From NCBI RefSeq assembly GCF_006345805.1, contig NC_043004.1, positions 86,862,001 through 86,926,000 of the forward strand: DNA of 64,000 nt, read 5' to 3'. The notes below the pieces were generated by a model. That model was not told where the DNA came from. It ran no database searches and saw nothing but the letters and a program-made list of their open reading frames with translations. Position numbers and translations under genes: made by a program. Source of the DNA: Octopus sinensis (lineage: Eukaryota). This document shows, in pieces, positions 12,256 through 25,564 of the stretch (its first letter is position 1; the number at the start of each line of letters is the position of its first letter).

Positions 12256-13151
12256 TAGAATTGTTGTTCATTTACATACATCATACAATCTTCCTTTCAT
12301 TCAGAGGAAGAAATATTTGGTTGCCAACAGAGGGATATTTACTTAATGAATGATCAGCTTGATTGATTGACTTTTAAATGATTGATGACTATTAATTGGA
12401 TCCAACCATACTTACCAGATCATTTCGACTTTCTAACAAATCATGTGTGGTTGCTCGATCTGCTAAAGTTAGCTACCAAATCTCCTTCATTACATCCTAA
12501 TGTCTTCATAAATGTGGTGATGATGGTGGGTATATTGAATGTCATATTAGATACACTGTATTTAGGGGTAGGATTGTCATAGCTAATATCTTTGAACATA
12601 GGTCTGCTCCAGCAGGGCAAGCCTGTGGATTAAACAATAACAGCACTGCAATAATCTCTTCCAACAATGTGATATCTATTTTCAGCCATGTAGATTAGGT
12701 TATCTGAGTCTTTGTTATATAATACACAACCACAAAGTTTGTTACAGGATATTAACTACCTGCCCCACAGCTAGTCAAGTGTTTTGTTAAGTCAATGATA
12801 TAATTTATCATCCTTCAACGTCCATGTTCGATGCTGGCATGGGTTACAAACACCTTAGTCTTTTACTCATTTCAATCTTTAACTAAGCTGGAATACTGCC
12901 TCAAAGTGTTTAGTTGATCAAATCGACTTCAGTAGTTATTCTGTTGGTCTCTTTTTGCCGAACTGCACAGTTATGTTTGCCTAATAATGATAGAGACAAA
13001 GATGCATACACACGCACACACATTTATATTGGCAAGCTTCTACAGTTTCTGTCTACCTTGATCCCAGGCTATAGTAAAAAACATTTGTCCAGTGTGTCAC
13101 TCAGTGGACTTAATGTGAAGCCAAGTGTACTTAACTCACAGTACCCCACTC

Positions 13152-13575
13152 CATCATCATCATTTAACGTCCGCTTTCCATGCTAGCATGAGTTGGACGA
13201 TTTGACTGAGGACTGGCGAACCAGATGGCTGCACCAGGCTCCAATCTGATCTGGCAGAGTCTCTACAGCTGTATGCCCTTCCTAACGCCAACCACTCCAA
13301 GAGTGCACAGTGGGTGCTTTTATGTGCCACCAGCACGAGGGCCAGTCAGGCAGTACTGGCAACAGCCACGCTCAAATGGTGTTTTTTACATGCCACCTGC
13401 ACAGGAGCCAGTCCAGTGGCACTGGCAATGACCTCACTTGAATGTTTTTTCACGTACCAGTAAGGTGACAATGGTAACGATCACACTCGAATGGTGCTTT
13501 TTACGTGCCACAGGGCACAAAAGCCATTAGCTGCTCTGGCAACGATCACGCTGAGATGGTGCTCTTAGCGCTCCA
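13152..13575 (-). mobile_element. RTE 3' UTR module with degenerate ~60-nt repeats
   Basis: CATCATCATTTAACGTCCGCTTTCCATGCTAGC...GCCCTTCCTAACGCCAACCAC followed by several GTGCCAC-containing units. Confidence 0.8.
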
Positions 13576-13585
13576 CTATATATAT

Positions 13586-13617
<32 letters not shown>

Positions 13618-13728
13618 ACAATAATAATTTAATTTACTTTTAAGTTTAAAAACTGGAGAAACACAAAGTACTCAAAATTTATAAGTAGCACTGGTGAAAA
13701 TATTCAGTTTTGAATAAATGAATGTTTT

Positions 13729-13770
<42 letters not shown>

Positions 13771-13947
13771 GCTTATTGGTTTGGTGTAAGAGATTGGTAG
13801 AATAAGTGCCAGGCTTAAAAATAGATACTGGGGTTGATTTGTTCAACTAAACCCATCAAGGCAGTGCTCCAGTATGGCTGTGGTCCAGTGTCTGAAACAA
13901 GTAAAACATAAAAGCTATATATAGATATCTCATATGCACCCGCGCAC

Positions 13948-13998
<51 letters not shown>

Positions 13999-15371
13999 GA
14001 AATGAGGTACTCAGAAATTCGGATGGTTTTATATTTACAGATATTTGTATACATCATATAACTTAGATCATGTATTAGCGCTTTCTCCCATTCTACTGGG
14101 GTTTTCAATTCGAACTAAGTTATATATATATGTATACACACACACGAGAGAGAGATACAGTGGTGTTTGTGAATATGCACTCTTAAGCATATACTCTGCT
14201 TCTGTGTACACACTTGTACACACACATTCAGATGGTGTGCAACACAGGTTATACTGACATGTTTTTAGCTCTGTAGCCCAGTAACGTGCTTATTATGATG
14301 CTAAGCAGACCTGTTTCAGTTGAATCATTCAAATATTTCATTCAGTAGCCACACTCACGACAGAAGTTGTGAGAACCTGAAATATTTCACTGAGAGATTC
14401 TGTATCATCTTCTAACCCAAATTTGATACAAGACTGCCTATTAACATATGAGCTCAGGAAAAGGATATCTAAAAGTTAAATAAAGCAAGGCTCTATCCCC
14501 TTTTGTTGAAATTTTTAACAAAAATAAATATAGTATATAGGATATAAATCTAGTCTTTTGAATTAACCGTTGTAAAATATTAAGCCATACAGTGTATTAA
14601 GATAAATTTTTATGAGAGCCATATGATAGTTTTACATGTGTGTTGTTTCTCTCTACACTCATTTTTACTTTATTCTGCTGTCTTCCTATTGACTTCAGTT
14701 GCGCACACGAACACACATAAATAATAAAAGAAATAGATGCAAGCATTGCTGTCTAGTTAAGAAGCTTGCTGCTTTGCAGCCACGTGGTTTCAGGTTCACT
14801 CCACTGCATCATACCTCGGGCAAGTGTCTTCTACTGACCAATGCCTTGTGAATGAATTTGGTTGTCAGAGACAATGGATGGTCATTGTTTATGTGTGTGT
14901 GTATGTGTGTGTTTGCTACCACCACCACTTAACAGCTGGTGTTAGTTTGTTTACATTCATTGTGACTCAGCAGTTTGGCAAAAAGAGAAATTGATAGAGA
15001 AAGTAAAAAAAGAATTAAAAAAGCCTAAAAATTGTTCTTGATTTGTTGTTGATGAAAAGCCAAGTTGACCCGGCTGGTATTTCAACAAAGAATGAAGAGA
15101 TATGTAATGAAATGCCACAAGGTATTCATTGCTTTACAATTATACAAAAGAATATTTTTATAGATATATGTGTGGTTATGTGATAAAAAGCTTGCTTCCT
15201 AACTACATCGTTCCAGGTCCAGTTTCCAGGTCAAGTGTGTTCTATAGCCTTGGGCAGACCAAAGACATGTGAGTGGATTTAGTAGGTGGAAACTGAAAGA
15301 AGTCCACCATGTGTATGTATAGGAGTGGCTGTGTGGTAAGAAGTTTACTTCCCACCCACATGGTTCCAGGT

Positions 15372-15471
15372 TCAATCCCACTAAATGGGGCAAGTGTCAA
15401 TCCCACTAAATGGGGCAAGTGTCAATCCCACTAAATGGGGCAAGTGTCAATCCCACTAAATGGGGCAAGTG
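15372..15471. repeat. 4 x 25-nt perfect tandem repeat inside a SINE head
   Basis: TCAATCCCACTAAATGGGGCAAGTG four times. Confidence 0.95.
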
Positions 15472-15545
15472 TCTTCTGCTATAGACTCAGGGTAACCAAA
15501 GCTTTGTGAGTGGATTTGGTACACAGAAACTGAAAGAAGCTCGTC

Positions 15546-15583
<38 letters not shown>

Positions 15584-16226
15584 CTGTGTGGTAAGTAGCT
15601 TGCTAACCAACCACATGGTTGCGGGTTCAGTCCCACTGCGTGGCATCTTGGGCAAGTGTCTTCTGCTATAGCCCCGGGCCGATTTGGTAGACGGAAACTG
15701 AAAGAAGCCTGTCGTATATATGTATATATATATATATGTGTTTGTGTGTCTGTGTTTATCCCCCTAGCATTGCTTGACAACCGATGCTGGTGTGTCTACG
15801 TCCCCACCACTTAGCGGTTCAGCAAAAGAGACCGATAGAATAAGTACTGGGCTTACAAAGAATAAGTTCCGGGGTCGATTTGATCGACTAAAGGCGGTGC
15901 TCCAGCATGGCCACAGTCAAATGACTGAAACAAGTAAAAAAGTAAAAGAGAGTATATATAATGTGTGTGTGTGTGTGTGTGTTTCTTCCTCCTCCATTGC
16001 TTGACAGCCGATAGTGTGCTTATGTCCCCTGTTATGCAGCAGTTTGGCAATAAGAGAGCGACAGAATAAGTACTTGGCTTACAAAGAATAAGTCCTAGGT
16101 TGATTTGTTCAACTAAAGGTGGTGCTCCAGCATGGCGGCAGTCAAATGACTGAAACAAGTAAAAGAATATATATGTATATTTTATATATACATGTGTGTG
16201 TGTATGTATATATATATATATATATA

Positions 16227-16434
16227 CAGGGTTGGCCAAAAGTCATCAAAATTCCATAAATACTTAATATTCAATTTTATTTATTCATTCCAATTATGAA
16301 TGTTTAATAATTGAATGGTGTGAGTTAAAATCATCATTTGTCTATTTATTAGCAGTTTCATATAAAATAATTTTTTTTTAATCTTGGAATTAAATGGTTT
16401 TGATTTACTGTCATGTGACTTTTGGCCGACCCTG
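16227..16434. mobile_element. Tc1/mariner-type MITE (copy 1)
   Basis: TA|CAGGGTTGGCCAAAAGTCA ... TGACTTTTGGCCGACCCTG: 19-bp TIR with one mismatch. Confidence 0.8.
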
Positions 16435-16451
16435 TTTATGTGTGTATTATG

Positions 16452-16485
<34 letters not shown>

Positions 16486-17132
16486 ATATAGCTGTGTGGT
16501 AAGTAGCTTGCTAACCAACCACATGGTTGCGGGTTCAGTCCCACTGCGTGGCATCTTGGGCAAGTGTCTTCTGCTATAGCCCCGGGCCGATTTGGTAGAC
16601 GGAAACTGAAAGAAGCCTGTCGTATATATGTATATATATATATATGTGTTTGTGTGTCTGTGTTTATCCCCCTAGCATTGCTTGACAACCGATGCTGGTG
16701 TGTCTACGTCCCCACCACTTAGCGGTTCAGCAAAAGAGACCGATAGAATAAGTACTGGGCTTACAAAGAATAAGTTCCGGGGTCGATTTGATCGACTAAA
16801 GGCGGTGCTCCAGCATGGCCACAGTCAAATGACTGAAACAAGTAAAAAAGTAAAAGAGAGTATATATAATGTGTGTGTGTGTGTGTGTGTTTCTTCCTCC
16901 TCCATTGCTTGACAGCCGATAGTGTGCTTATGTCCCCTGTTATGCAGCAGTTTGGCAATAAGAGAGCGACAGAATAAGTACTTGGCTTACAAAGAATAAG
17001 TCCTAGGTTGATTTGTTCAACTAAAGGTGGTGCTCCAGCATGGCGGCAGTCAAATGACTGAAACAAGTAAAAGAATATATATGTATATTTTATATATACA
17101 TGTGTGTGTGTATGTATATATATATATATATA

Positions 17133-17341
17133 CAGGGTTGGCCAAAAGTCATCAAAATTCCATAAATACTTAATATTCAATTTTATTTATTCATTCCAAT
17201 TATGAATGTTTAATAATTGAATGGTGTGAGTTAAAATCATCATTTGTCTATTTATTAGCAGTTTCATATAAAATAATTTTTTTTTAAATCTTGGAATTAA
17301 ATGGTTTTGATTTACTGTCATGTGACTTTTGGCCGACCCTG
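17133..17341. mobile_element. Tc1/mariner-type MITE (copy 2, product of the duplication)
   Basis: Same TIRs and interior as 16227-16434. Confidence 0.8.
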
Positions 17342-17358
17342 TTTATGTGTGTATTATG

Positions 17359-17396
<38 letters not shown>

Positions 17397-17580
17397 TATA
17401 TTTTCCACCCATGCTAGCATGGAAGGCGGACGTTAAACGACAGCAATGATATATGTATGGATGTTCAGAACTAACTATACAATATCCCACTCGTAAGGGA
17501 CTGATGTAGGATGCGTTGAAATGATCGTTGTGTTGAATAAAGGCTCTTGCTAACTCCATTTTCTGTTACCCTCACTCATT

Positions 17581-17625
<45 letters not shown>

Positions 17626-18830
17626 ACGTCTTTCTGCCTGTTCGTCCTCCACCACTACTTGGCAACCAGTGTTAGTTTGTTTATGCCCTTGTAATGTAGC
17701 ATAAGTGATAGAATAAGTGCCAGGTTTTAAAAAAAAGTAATGGGTTGATTTTTTGTTCAGCGAAAAACTCTTCAAAGCGATGTCCCAGCATAGCTGAAAT
17801 CTAATGACTGAAACAAGTAAAAGATAAAAGATCTATGTACATAAGTCGGTGTGTGTGTGTGCATAACTAAATGCCACGAGGTACCCATTGCTTTACTGAT
17901 GTACACAGGCAAGCCAGAAAAATACATATGCACACACACACACACATGGTGTGAATGTTAGTTAAAAATATTGTATATTATATACACTTGTAGTCCAGTG
18001 AAAATTCCACATAAAATACAAATAGATAAATAGAAAAAAAAAACCTATTTAAATGGAACCATTGGTTTAATTAATTAGCTCAATGACAAATAATTTATCA
18101 AATAATAACTTAAGCCCTTTCATCATAATATAATTTAGACTCTGTGAAATGCTTTTGTACAGTTATAACACCCACGCTATTTCTGTCTGTATGTTATGTG
18201 TATGTATGTGTATGTACAGGCATGTATAGTAGGGGGACAGTATGCATGTAAAAAAATATCACTTTCACACTTGCGTGCGAATATGTATGTGTTTTACTAC
18301 TATTTTCAGTAATTAGCATGTAGCACCACTTTCTAGAATAGAGTTGATTATATCAATTGACACCCCCACGCCAGTTCTTGATTTATCAACTTTAGAATGA
18401 TGAAACGCAAAGTGGGCCAGGTTGTATGCGCATGCTTGTGTATATGTAGGTATGGCTGTGTGGTAAGAAGCTTGCTTTCTAACCACATGGTTTCAGGTTC
18501 ACTCTCACTGTATAGTATCTTTGGGCAAGTGTCTTCTAGAGCTCTGGGGTCAACCAAAGCCTTGCAAGTGAATTTGGTTGAAAGAAAAAGAAAGAAGCCT
18601 GTTGTGTGTACATGTGTGTGTGTGTAGCTAGATGTGTGTGTCTTTGTGTTAGACACAACCACCACCACTTGGCAACCACTGTTGGTTTGTTTACATCTTT
18701 GCAACTTAGCAGTTTCGAAAGACTGATAGAAGTGCCAAAAAATAAGTACTGGGCTTGAAATGTCTGACTGAAACCTCCAAAAAGGTACCTTAGCATGGTC
18801 ATGATACAGTGACTAAAACAAAGAAGATAC

Positions 18831-18877
<47 letters not shown>

Positions 18878-20599
18878 ACATACCTACATATATATGTATA
18901 TATATATATATACATAGGTACAGGACATAAAAAAGTTAAACACAATGAGAAACGAAAACATAGAAATGAACTTTCTTTTCAAACAACGAAAAAACCCCAG
19001 AAAAACAAGACATACAACATATAGAATATTCCCCTTTCTCAGTTGTCCCTGTTTCATCTACCCTACATTTCAAAGGTAAGGACAAGACGTGACTTCGTTG
19101 AAACAGTCCTGCCTGCAAAGCAAATTAAATAAAATTTGAGATTTTTTGCGGAGGGTGAAAGTGAGAACAAAACAGTAAAGACAGAGAGATGCACGCTTGC
19201 TTTATCAATGTGCGTACATGGTTTGTACATATGTAATGTGATGCAAATAGACCATGGAAGAGAGAGATTAGAAAAGACAGGCAGTATTGGTCAAGGCCAA
19301 TTTCAGGATGCTGTGATTTCAAAATAAAAAGATGGAAGTGGAGAGAGATGCTTGAAATTGACCTACTCAACCTGTGTGGGCAAGGAAAAATGGACATAAA
19401 AGTGTGTGTGTGTGTGCATTCATTCATACACACTTTTTACTTGAGTGGCTATATGAAGCCAAGCAGTTTATATCTTATCTCATTGAGGCTGGTATGATAG
19501 TCAGTTGCCAGAGCTTTGATATATGAACTAATCTAGTGGTAGGTAATTAAAGATCAGTGAATATTGAAGTTTTGTGCTATACATGTATGTTTTTGTATGT
19601 CATACATTAAATATTAAACACATTTCCATGTCAGCATGGAAGGCAGACGTTAAACGATGATGATTCAGATTGGTTTCAAATTTTGACACAAGGCCAGCAA
19701 TTTCGGGAGAGGATATAAGTCAATTAAATTGACCCCAGTGCTCAACTGGTACTTATTTTATCGACCCTACAAAGTTGAAAGGCAAAGTCAACCTCAGTGG
19801 AATTTGAACTCAGATTGTAAGGATGGATGAAATTCTGCTAAGTATTTTGTCTGGTATGTTAACAGTTCAGCCAGCTTGCTGCATTATTAAACACGTTCAT
19901 ATTGATGCGTATCCATTTTAAGAAATGCACTTAGGTACACTTTTGTGTTTCTACATGTATGTTTAGTTGATAAGTTTTTTACTAATCAACATACCTTTTC
20001 TAAACAATGTGTTTATATAACCATACATGCACACACAGATACATACATGGCTGTGTGGTTACGAAGCTCAATTTGTAACCGTGTGATTGAAGGCAGTTAA
20101 ACCGTAGTCAATGGGACTTTCTGAATGGCAATCTTAATGAGAAATTACCATGAATTTTTCTGGTATTGTGGGCTGCTTGATGATAGCCCATGTCTCATGT
20201 GGGCCCACTTCTTGAAAGTTGTTACCCATATTTGGTTTAAGGTTTCTGTTGTACTGCATGGCACCTGGGCCTAGTATTTTCTACTATATCTGTAGGCTGA
20301 ACCATTGCCCTGTGAGTAAATTTCGCAAAAGTTTGCAGAAACCTGGTGTAAATGTATTTGTGTGTGTATAGGGGGAGAATGTTTATTTTTGTGTCACATA
20401 GCTTGGTGATTGGTGCAAAACTATGTGCATCCCCATAACTTAGCAGTTTGGCAAAAAGGAAACTGATATAACAAGTATCAGGCATTATATAAATACTAGA
20501 ATCAGTTTGATCAACTGAAAACCCAATTGAGGTGATATCCTAGTGTGATTGAAACAGGTAAATGTAGATAGGCGTGGCTGTGTGGTAAGAAGTTTGCTT

Positions 20600-21003
20600 A
20601 CTAGGCAGAAATGTTAGCACGCCGCACGAAATGCTTAGCAGTATTTTGTGTGCCGTTACGTTCTGAGTTCAAATTCCGCCAATGTTGACTTTGCCTTTCA
20701 TCCTTTCGGGGTCAATTAAATAAGTACCAGTTACGCACTGGGGTCGATATAATCGACTTAATTCGTTTGTCTGTCCTTGTTTGTCCTCTCTGTGTTTAGC
20801 CCCTTGTGGGTAGTAAAGAAATGGGTATTTTGTCTGCTGTTATGTTCCGGGTTCAAATTCCGCCGAGGTTGACTTTGCATTTCATCCTTTCGGGGTCGAT
20901 AAATTAAGTACCAGTTACGCACTGAGGTCGTTATAATCGACTTAATCCCTTTGACTGTCCATGTTTGTCCCCTCTGTTTAGCCCTTTGTGTGCAATAAAG
21001 AAA
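20600..21003 (+). mobile_element. Tandem dimer of a second SINE family inserted in the head of a major SINE
   Basis: Two copies of TTCAAATTCCGCC...CATCCTTTCGGGGTC...AAGTACCAGTTACGCACTG. Flanked by TAAGAAG(T/C)TTGCTT at 20586-20599 and 21004-21017. Confidence 0.75.
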
Positions 21004-21529
21004 TAAGAAGCTTGCTTCCCAACCACATGGTTCTGTGTGCAACCTTGGGCAAGTGTCTCCCACTATATTCTTGGGCTGACCAAAGCTGCATTTGATAGAC
21101 AGAAACTGAAAGAAGCCCATCCTATATGTGTGTGTGTTTGTCCCTCACCACTGCTTGACAACCGGTGTTGGTGTGTTTGCATCCCTGTAACTTAGTGGTT
21201 TGGCAAAAAAGCGCAATAGAACAAAGTACCAGCCCTGAAAAGTAAGTACTGGGGTTGATTCATTTGACTAAACATTCTTCAAAATGGTGCCCCAGCATGG
21301 CCAGAGTCTAATTTCTGAAACAAGTAGAAGGTAAAAGATCTAGTCTGCATTGTAAATCAAGTTTCCGGTATCAAACAAAAGGAATTTGAAATCTGGTTTT
21401 GATTCTTAGTTGTATTCAGTTTACTGAAGTTTAATTTCAAATACCTTTCAGAAAAAGTATGACTATTTACTGTTTACTTTTGTATATCTGAGTCAATGTA
21501 AGAAATCAATTTAGTCATCTATCTATATA

Positions 21530-21922
21530 CTAGCAGTATCGCCCAGCGTTGCTCGGGTTTGTTTCAACCCTTTAGAATTGGAATTTTTGAAAAGTAAAAA
21601 TTTTGCATTATGTAGCTTGTTATTCTCTTTAAGTGAACATTTTTCTGGTTAAAATACACTGAAAAATGGGGACACAGCAGTAAAAAAATTGTAAAAAATA
21701 GGGATTTTCATAGAAAAAAAAAAAGCACATTTTGATGTAAAAAATTTTTGGTCTTAACATGGTCCGATTTGAATTTTATCTTCTATGGAATGAAGAGCAA
21801 GCCTTCTTCTATCATACTCTCAATTTTGGTCAACTTGTGCCATAGGGTCTCGGAGGAGTTAGTGTTAGTTGAAGGCTACCAAACCTGCCACACACAGACA
21901 ACTTCAGCTTTATATATATAGA
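21530..21922 (-). mobile_element. Non-autonomous Helitron
   Basis: Minus strand: A|TCTATATATATAAAGCTG ... CCCGAGCAACGCTGGG hairpin ... CTAG|T, giving 5' TC, 3' hairpin plus CTAG and an AT target. Confidence 0.75.
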
Positions 21923-22488
21923 TGTATGTATATAATCGTCATTGATTTAATGCATGTGTCAGATGGAATTTGCTGAGGCAGATATTCTGTGGCTGGATGC
22001 CACTCCTGTCACCAACTCATTTGTTTCCAAGCAAGGTAATATTTCTCCATGACTAGGTCAGTTTTCGAGGAAGATTGGAAGCAAAAGACACCGTTTCCAT
22101 GATGGTAACAGTTGTTTACAACTATTGCAGAAAGCTGAGGCAATAAAACAGTAATGTACACACATATGTACAACAGGCCTCTTTCAGTTTTCATCTACAA
22201 AATGCACTTGAGCTTTTGTTCAAGACTATAGTAGAAGAGACTTGCCCAAGGTGTCATGCAGTGCTGGTGGCACGTAAAAGCACCCACTACACTCTCGGAG
22301 TGGTTGGCGTTAGGAAGGGCATCCAGCTGTAGAAACCCTGCCAGATCAAGCCTGGAGCCTGGTGCAGCCATCTGGTTCGCCAGCCCACAGTCAAATCGTC
22401 CAACCCATGCTAGCATGGAAAGCGGATGTTAAACGATGATAATGATGATGATTATATATATATATATATATATCATCATATATATATA

Positions 22489-22831
22489 GGTGCAGGAGTG
22501 GCTGTGTGGTAAGTAGCTTGCTTACTAACTACATGGTTCCAGGTTCAGTCCCACTCTGTGGCACCTTGGGCAAGTGTCTTCTACTATAGCCTTGGGCCGA
22601 CCAATGCCTTCTGAGTGGATTTGGTAGACGGAAACTGAAAAGAAGCCCTTCATATATGTGTGTGTGTGTATATATATATATATATGTCTGTGTTTGTCCC
22701 CCCAACATCGCTTGGCAACTGATGCTGGTGTGTTTACATCCCCGTAACTTAGCGGGTAGATTTGCTCGACTAAAGGCGGTGCTCCAGCATGATCGCAGTC
22801 AAATGACTGAAACAAGTAAAAGAGTAAAAGA
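22489..22831 (+). mobile_element. Major tRNA-head SINE, internally deleted
   Basis: GGTGCAGGAGTGGCTGTGTGGTAAGTAGCTTGC...GGTTCAGTCCC...TGACTGAAACAAGTAAAAGA. Confidence 0.85.
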
Positions 22832-24310
22832 ATATATATACACACACACATATATAGATAGCTCTAACTGGAGTTTCTATGGGATCACTCAGCCTAGTAG
22901 AAATAGCAGTCAAATCATCTAAGAAGTACTCATTGATTAATATAAGAACCAAACTTTCCTTAAAGTTCATTGAGAGTCAGGAGATGGTCATGCATGGAAT
23001 GCCTTATATTCGTCATCTTAAGGACTTATATAGCATAACACATGCACATTTATGTAAAGAAAAAGGCATTCTATCATTGATTGTTACTGTTCTGTTCTAT
23101 GCGTTTATTTATAATAGTTTTCTCTCGAAACACTCCCTACAAAATTATTTCAAACTTTATTTTGTTTCTCAAATATATTTTGAAAAGAATTTTTTTTTTA
23201 AGACTATTCTTATTTAACAGAACATTGTATGGTGTTTGTGTGAGAAAAAAAAGAGAGATTTCAATTCATATTTATGAAAGCTATGAAATAGAGGAGAAAG
23301 AAAAAGAAGCAAAAATAAGAAATAAGGACTAGAAGTCAGCCAGCAAAAATGAGGTCATAATAGTTGAAAAGAAAATAAATCCTATCAGTTTTTAAAGGGA
23401 GACCTCCTCCTTGAGAAATGACTAGTGGGAGGGAATAAATTCCGAAGCATTAGTTTGCTGGAGCAAAGGAAATTCACTGGAACTATTTATGCCACTTGCT
23501 TAACACTTTGAGAGTTAAGACATGCTGGTATCTCCTGGAGTGGCAAGCTTTTGGATCTTTGTCAGTTGTTATTAGCCTTTTGTCAGCCCTGATCAAGCAT
23601 TCAGAAGTAGCCATCTTCTTCGTTTTTCTTCTCTCTCAAATCACATTTTACAGTTTTAGAAGGGGAAATGTTCTGTTTTCTTTTTAAGGCTGTACTGTGT
23701 GAAATGAGGGATATTTATCTGCTACTTGTCTATAATACATCAAAACTTGTTCCATGCTTATAATATCCTGTGAAGGTAAAGTCATTAGACTACTTGTATA
23801 TCTCTCTGGCTGGTTGGCAAATACACTCCACTCCACTCTACTTCATGGGTGAGAGGTTAGTGGCAGGAAAGAGCATGCAAGCAAGTATTAAGTACTTATT
23901 CCCAACTGATATCTTAATTTGTTAAAACTGGGACACGATGGTGAAAATGCTACTTTTTACATATTTCTCAAAGTTGAACAAAAGATTTAGAAATTATACA
24001 ATGTTATTTTGCTAAACATATAATTTTATAAAATTTCCCTCATTAGATTTCAGTTTGAGAGAAATCAATGAAACTATAGTATATATTAATTGGGGTATAC
24101 AAAGTGAGAGGAGAAAAAATACCCCACACATCTAGTAGTTTTTTTTTTCTTCTTTTGAAGCAGGGATAATGTGCAGTCAATATTTTATCAGGCTGTGCTC
24201 AACCGGTAGGCTGAAAAAGTCCAGAAAGTTTCAGAAGTGAATTTTCACCCTCTTGTCACTGTATTTCTCTTGAAATACACTGCTTTGTTTCAGTAAATTT
24301 TGAAATGAAT

Positions 24311-24554
24311 GTTGTGTCTGGGGAGAGTCATTCTCTTTTGGTGCCTTATAATTTAACACACTCTCCGGTAAAATTTCAACTTCTTTTTTATTTTTCTAAA
24401 ATTTTCGTTGCATCTTGCAACCTTTTCAATAGTTTTGACTCAAAACTATTGGAAAGGTTGCAAGATGCAATGAAAAAGAAATAAGTGGAAATTTTACCAG
24501 TGAGTGTGTTAAATTATAAGGCACCAAAAGAGAATTACTCTCCCCAGACCCAAC
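24311..24554. repeat. Long near-perfect palindrome centred at 24439
   Basis: Centre AGTTTTGA-C-TCAAAACT. Outer arms GTTGTGTCTGGGGAGAGTCATTCTCTTTTGGTGCCTTATAATTTAACACAC and their reverse complement at ~24505-24554. Confidence 0.92.
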
Positions 24555-25564
24555 AGAATATGCTTCAACACATGAACTCACATAAGGAATCTTGCAAACC
24601 AAATCCAAAAACGAAATTGAAAAGAATTAATTCATTAAAATAACATTATTTTTTAAACTAGTGTTTGGAACATAAATTAACTTGAAATTTTATTGAGTTT
24701 TAATTTTGATAATTTTAAAACAGGAAGTCTGTACTATATAGATAGAACCATGAATGGTGGTTGGGTGGATTGGTATCAAAACAGTTAACTGTTCAATTAG
24801 TTTTAAAACGCCTTCTGTGAACCACAGTACATTTATTGCTAGATTCCAAATCTTATAGTTAAGTCATTAAATTGACTGCAGTAAGGCCAGGATACCACCT
24901 GTAACAGTTTTAATCAACTATATCAATTCCAATACTTTAATACTTATTTTTTTGTTCTTTTATGATTTGAAATGTTTGGCATTAGAAGCAATAACTCAGT
25001 TGGCTGTTATTAACATGTTATTTCTGTTTGAATGTACCAGTTATCACTCTATGTTGTGCAATATCATCACCACTGTTGTTTTATCATCCATTTTTCCATG
25101 CTTGCATGGATTGAGACGGTTTATGAAGGTAGATTTTTTTTATGACCAGATGCCCTTCCTATTTGCCAACTCTCAACTACATGGTTTCGAGTTAAGTTCC
25201 ATTGAATGGCACCTTGGGTGAGAGTTTTCTGTTATAACTCCAGGTCGACTAAAGCTTTGTGAGTGGATTTTGTAGACAGAAACTGAAAGAAGTTGTGTGT
25301 GTGTGTGACAATGTCTGCTTATCTTGACATTGTGTGATGATTGTAAATGGGCATTATCACCAAACAAACAGTATTATTTGTTTCCAATCTCCTGTGGAAA
25401 TATGCCTGTCCATGTGGATATGTTACGTTGCTTGAAAACGGATGAGAGTTGGCAACAGGAAGGACGTCTAATTGTAGAAAATGTGCCTCAACAAATTCCA
25501 CCCCACCCAAGCAAGCTTGGAAAAGTTGGTGTTAAAATAACGATGAACTTCAACACTTGATTAA

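Larger units (their letters stand above)
15583..17400. repeat. ~907-bp tandem duplication (SINE, SINE fragment and MITE)
   Basis: Unit starts at 15583 and 16491; near-identical except for short-repeat lengths; identical ORFs at offset 908 in the ORF track. Confidence 0.93.

Noticed and set aside
15910-15935. CAGTCA-AA-TGACTG-AAAC hairpin in the major SINE tail as a hammerhead
   Set aside because: No upstream CUGANGA core and no stem I/III; only a small hairpin.
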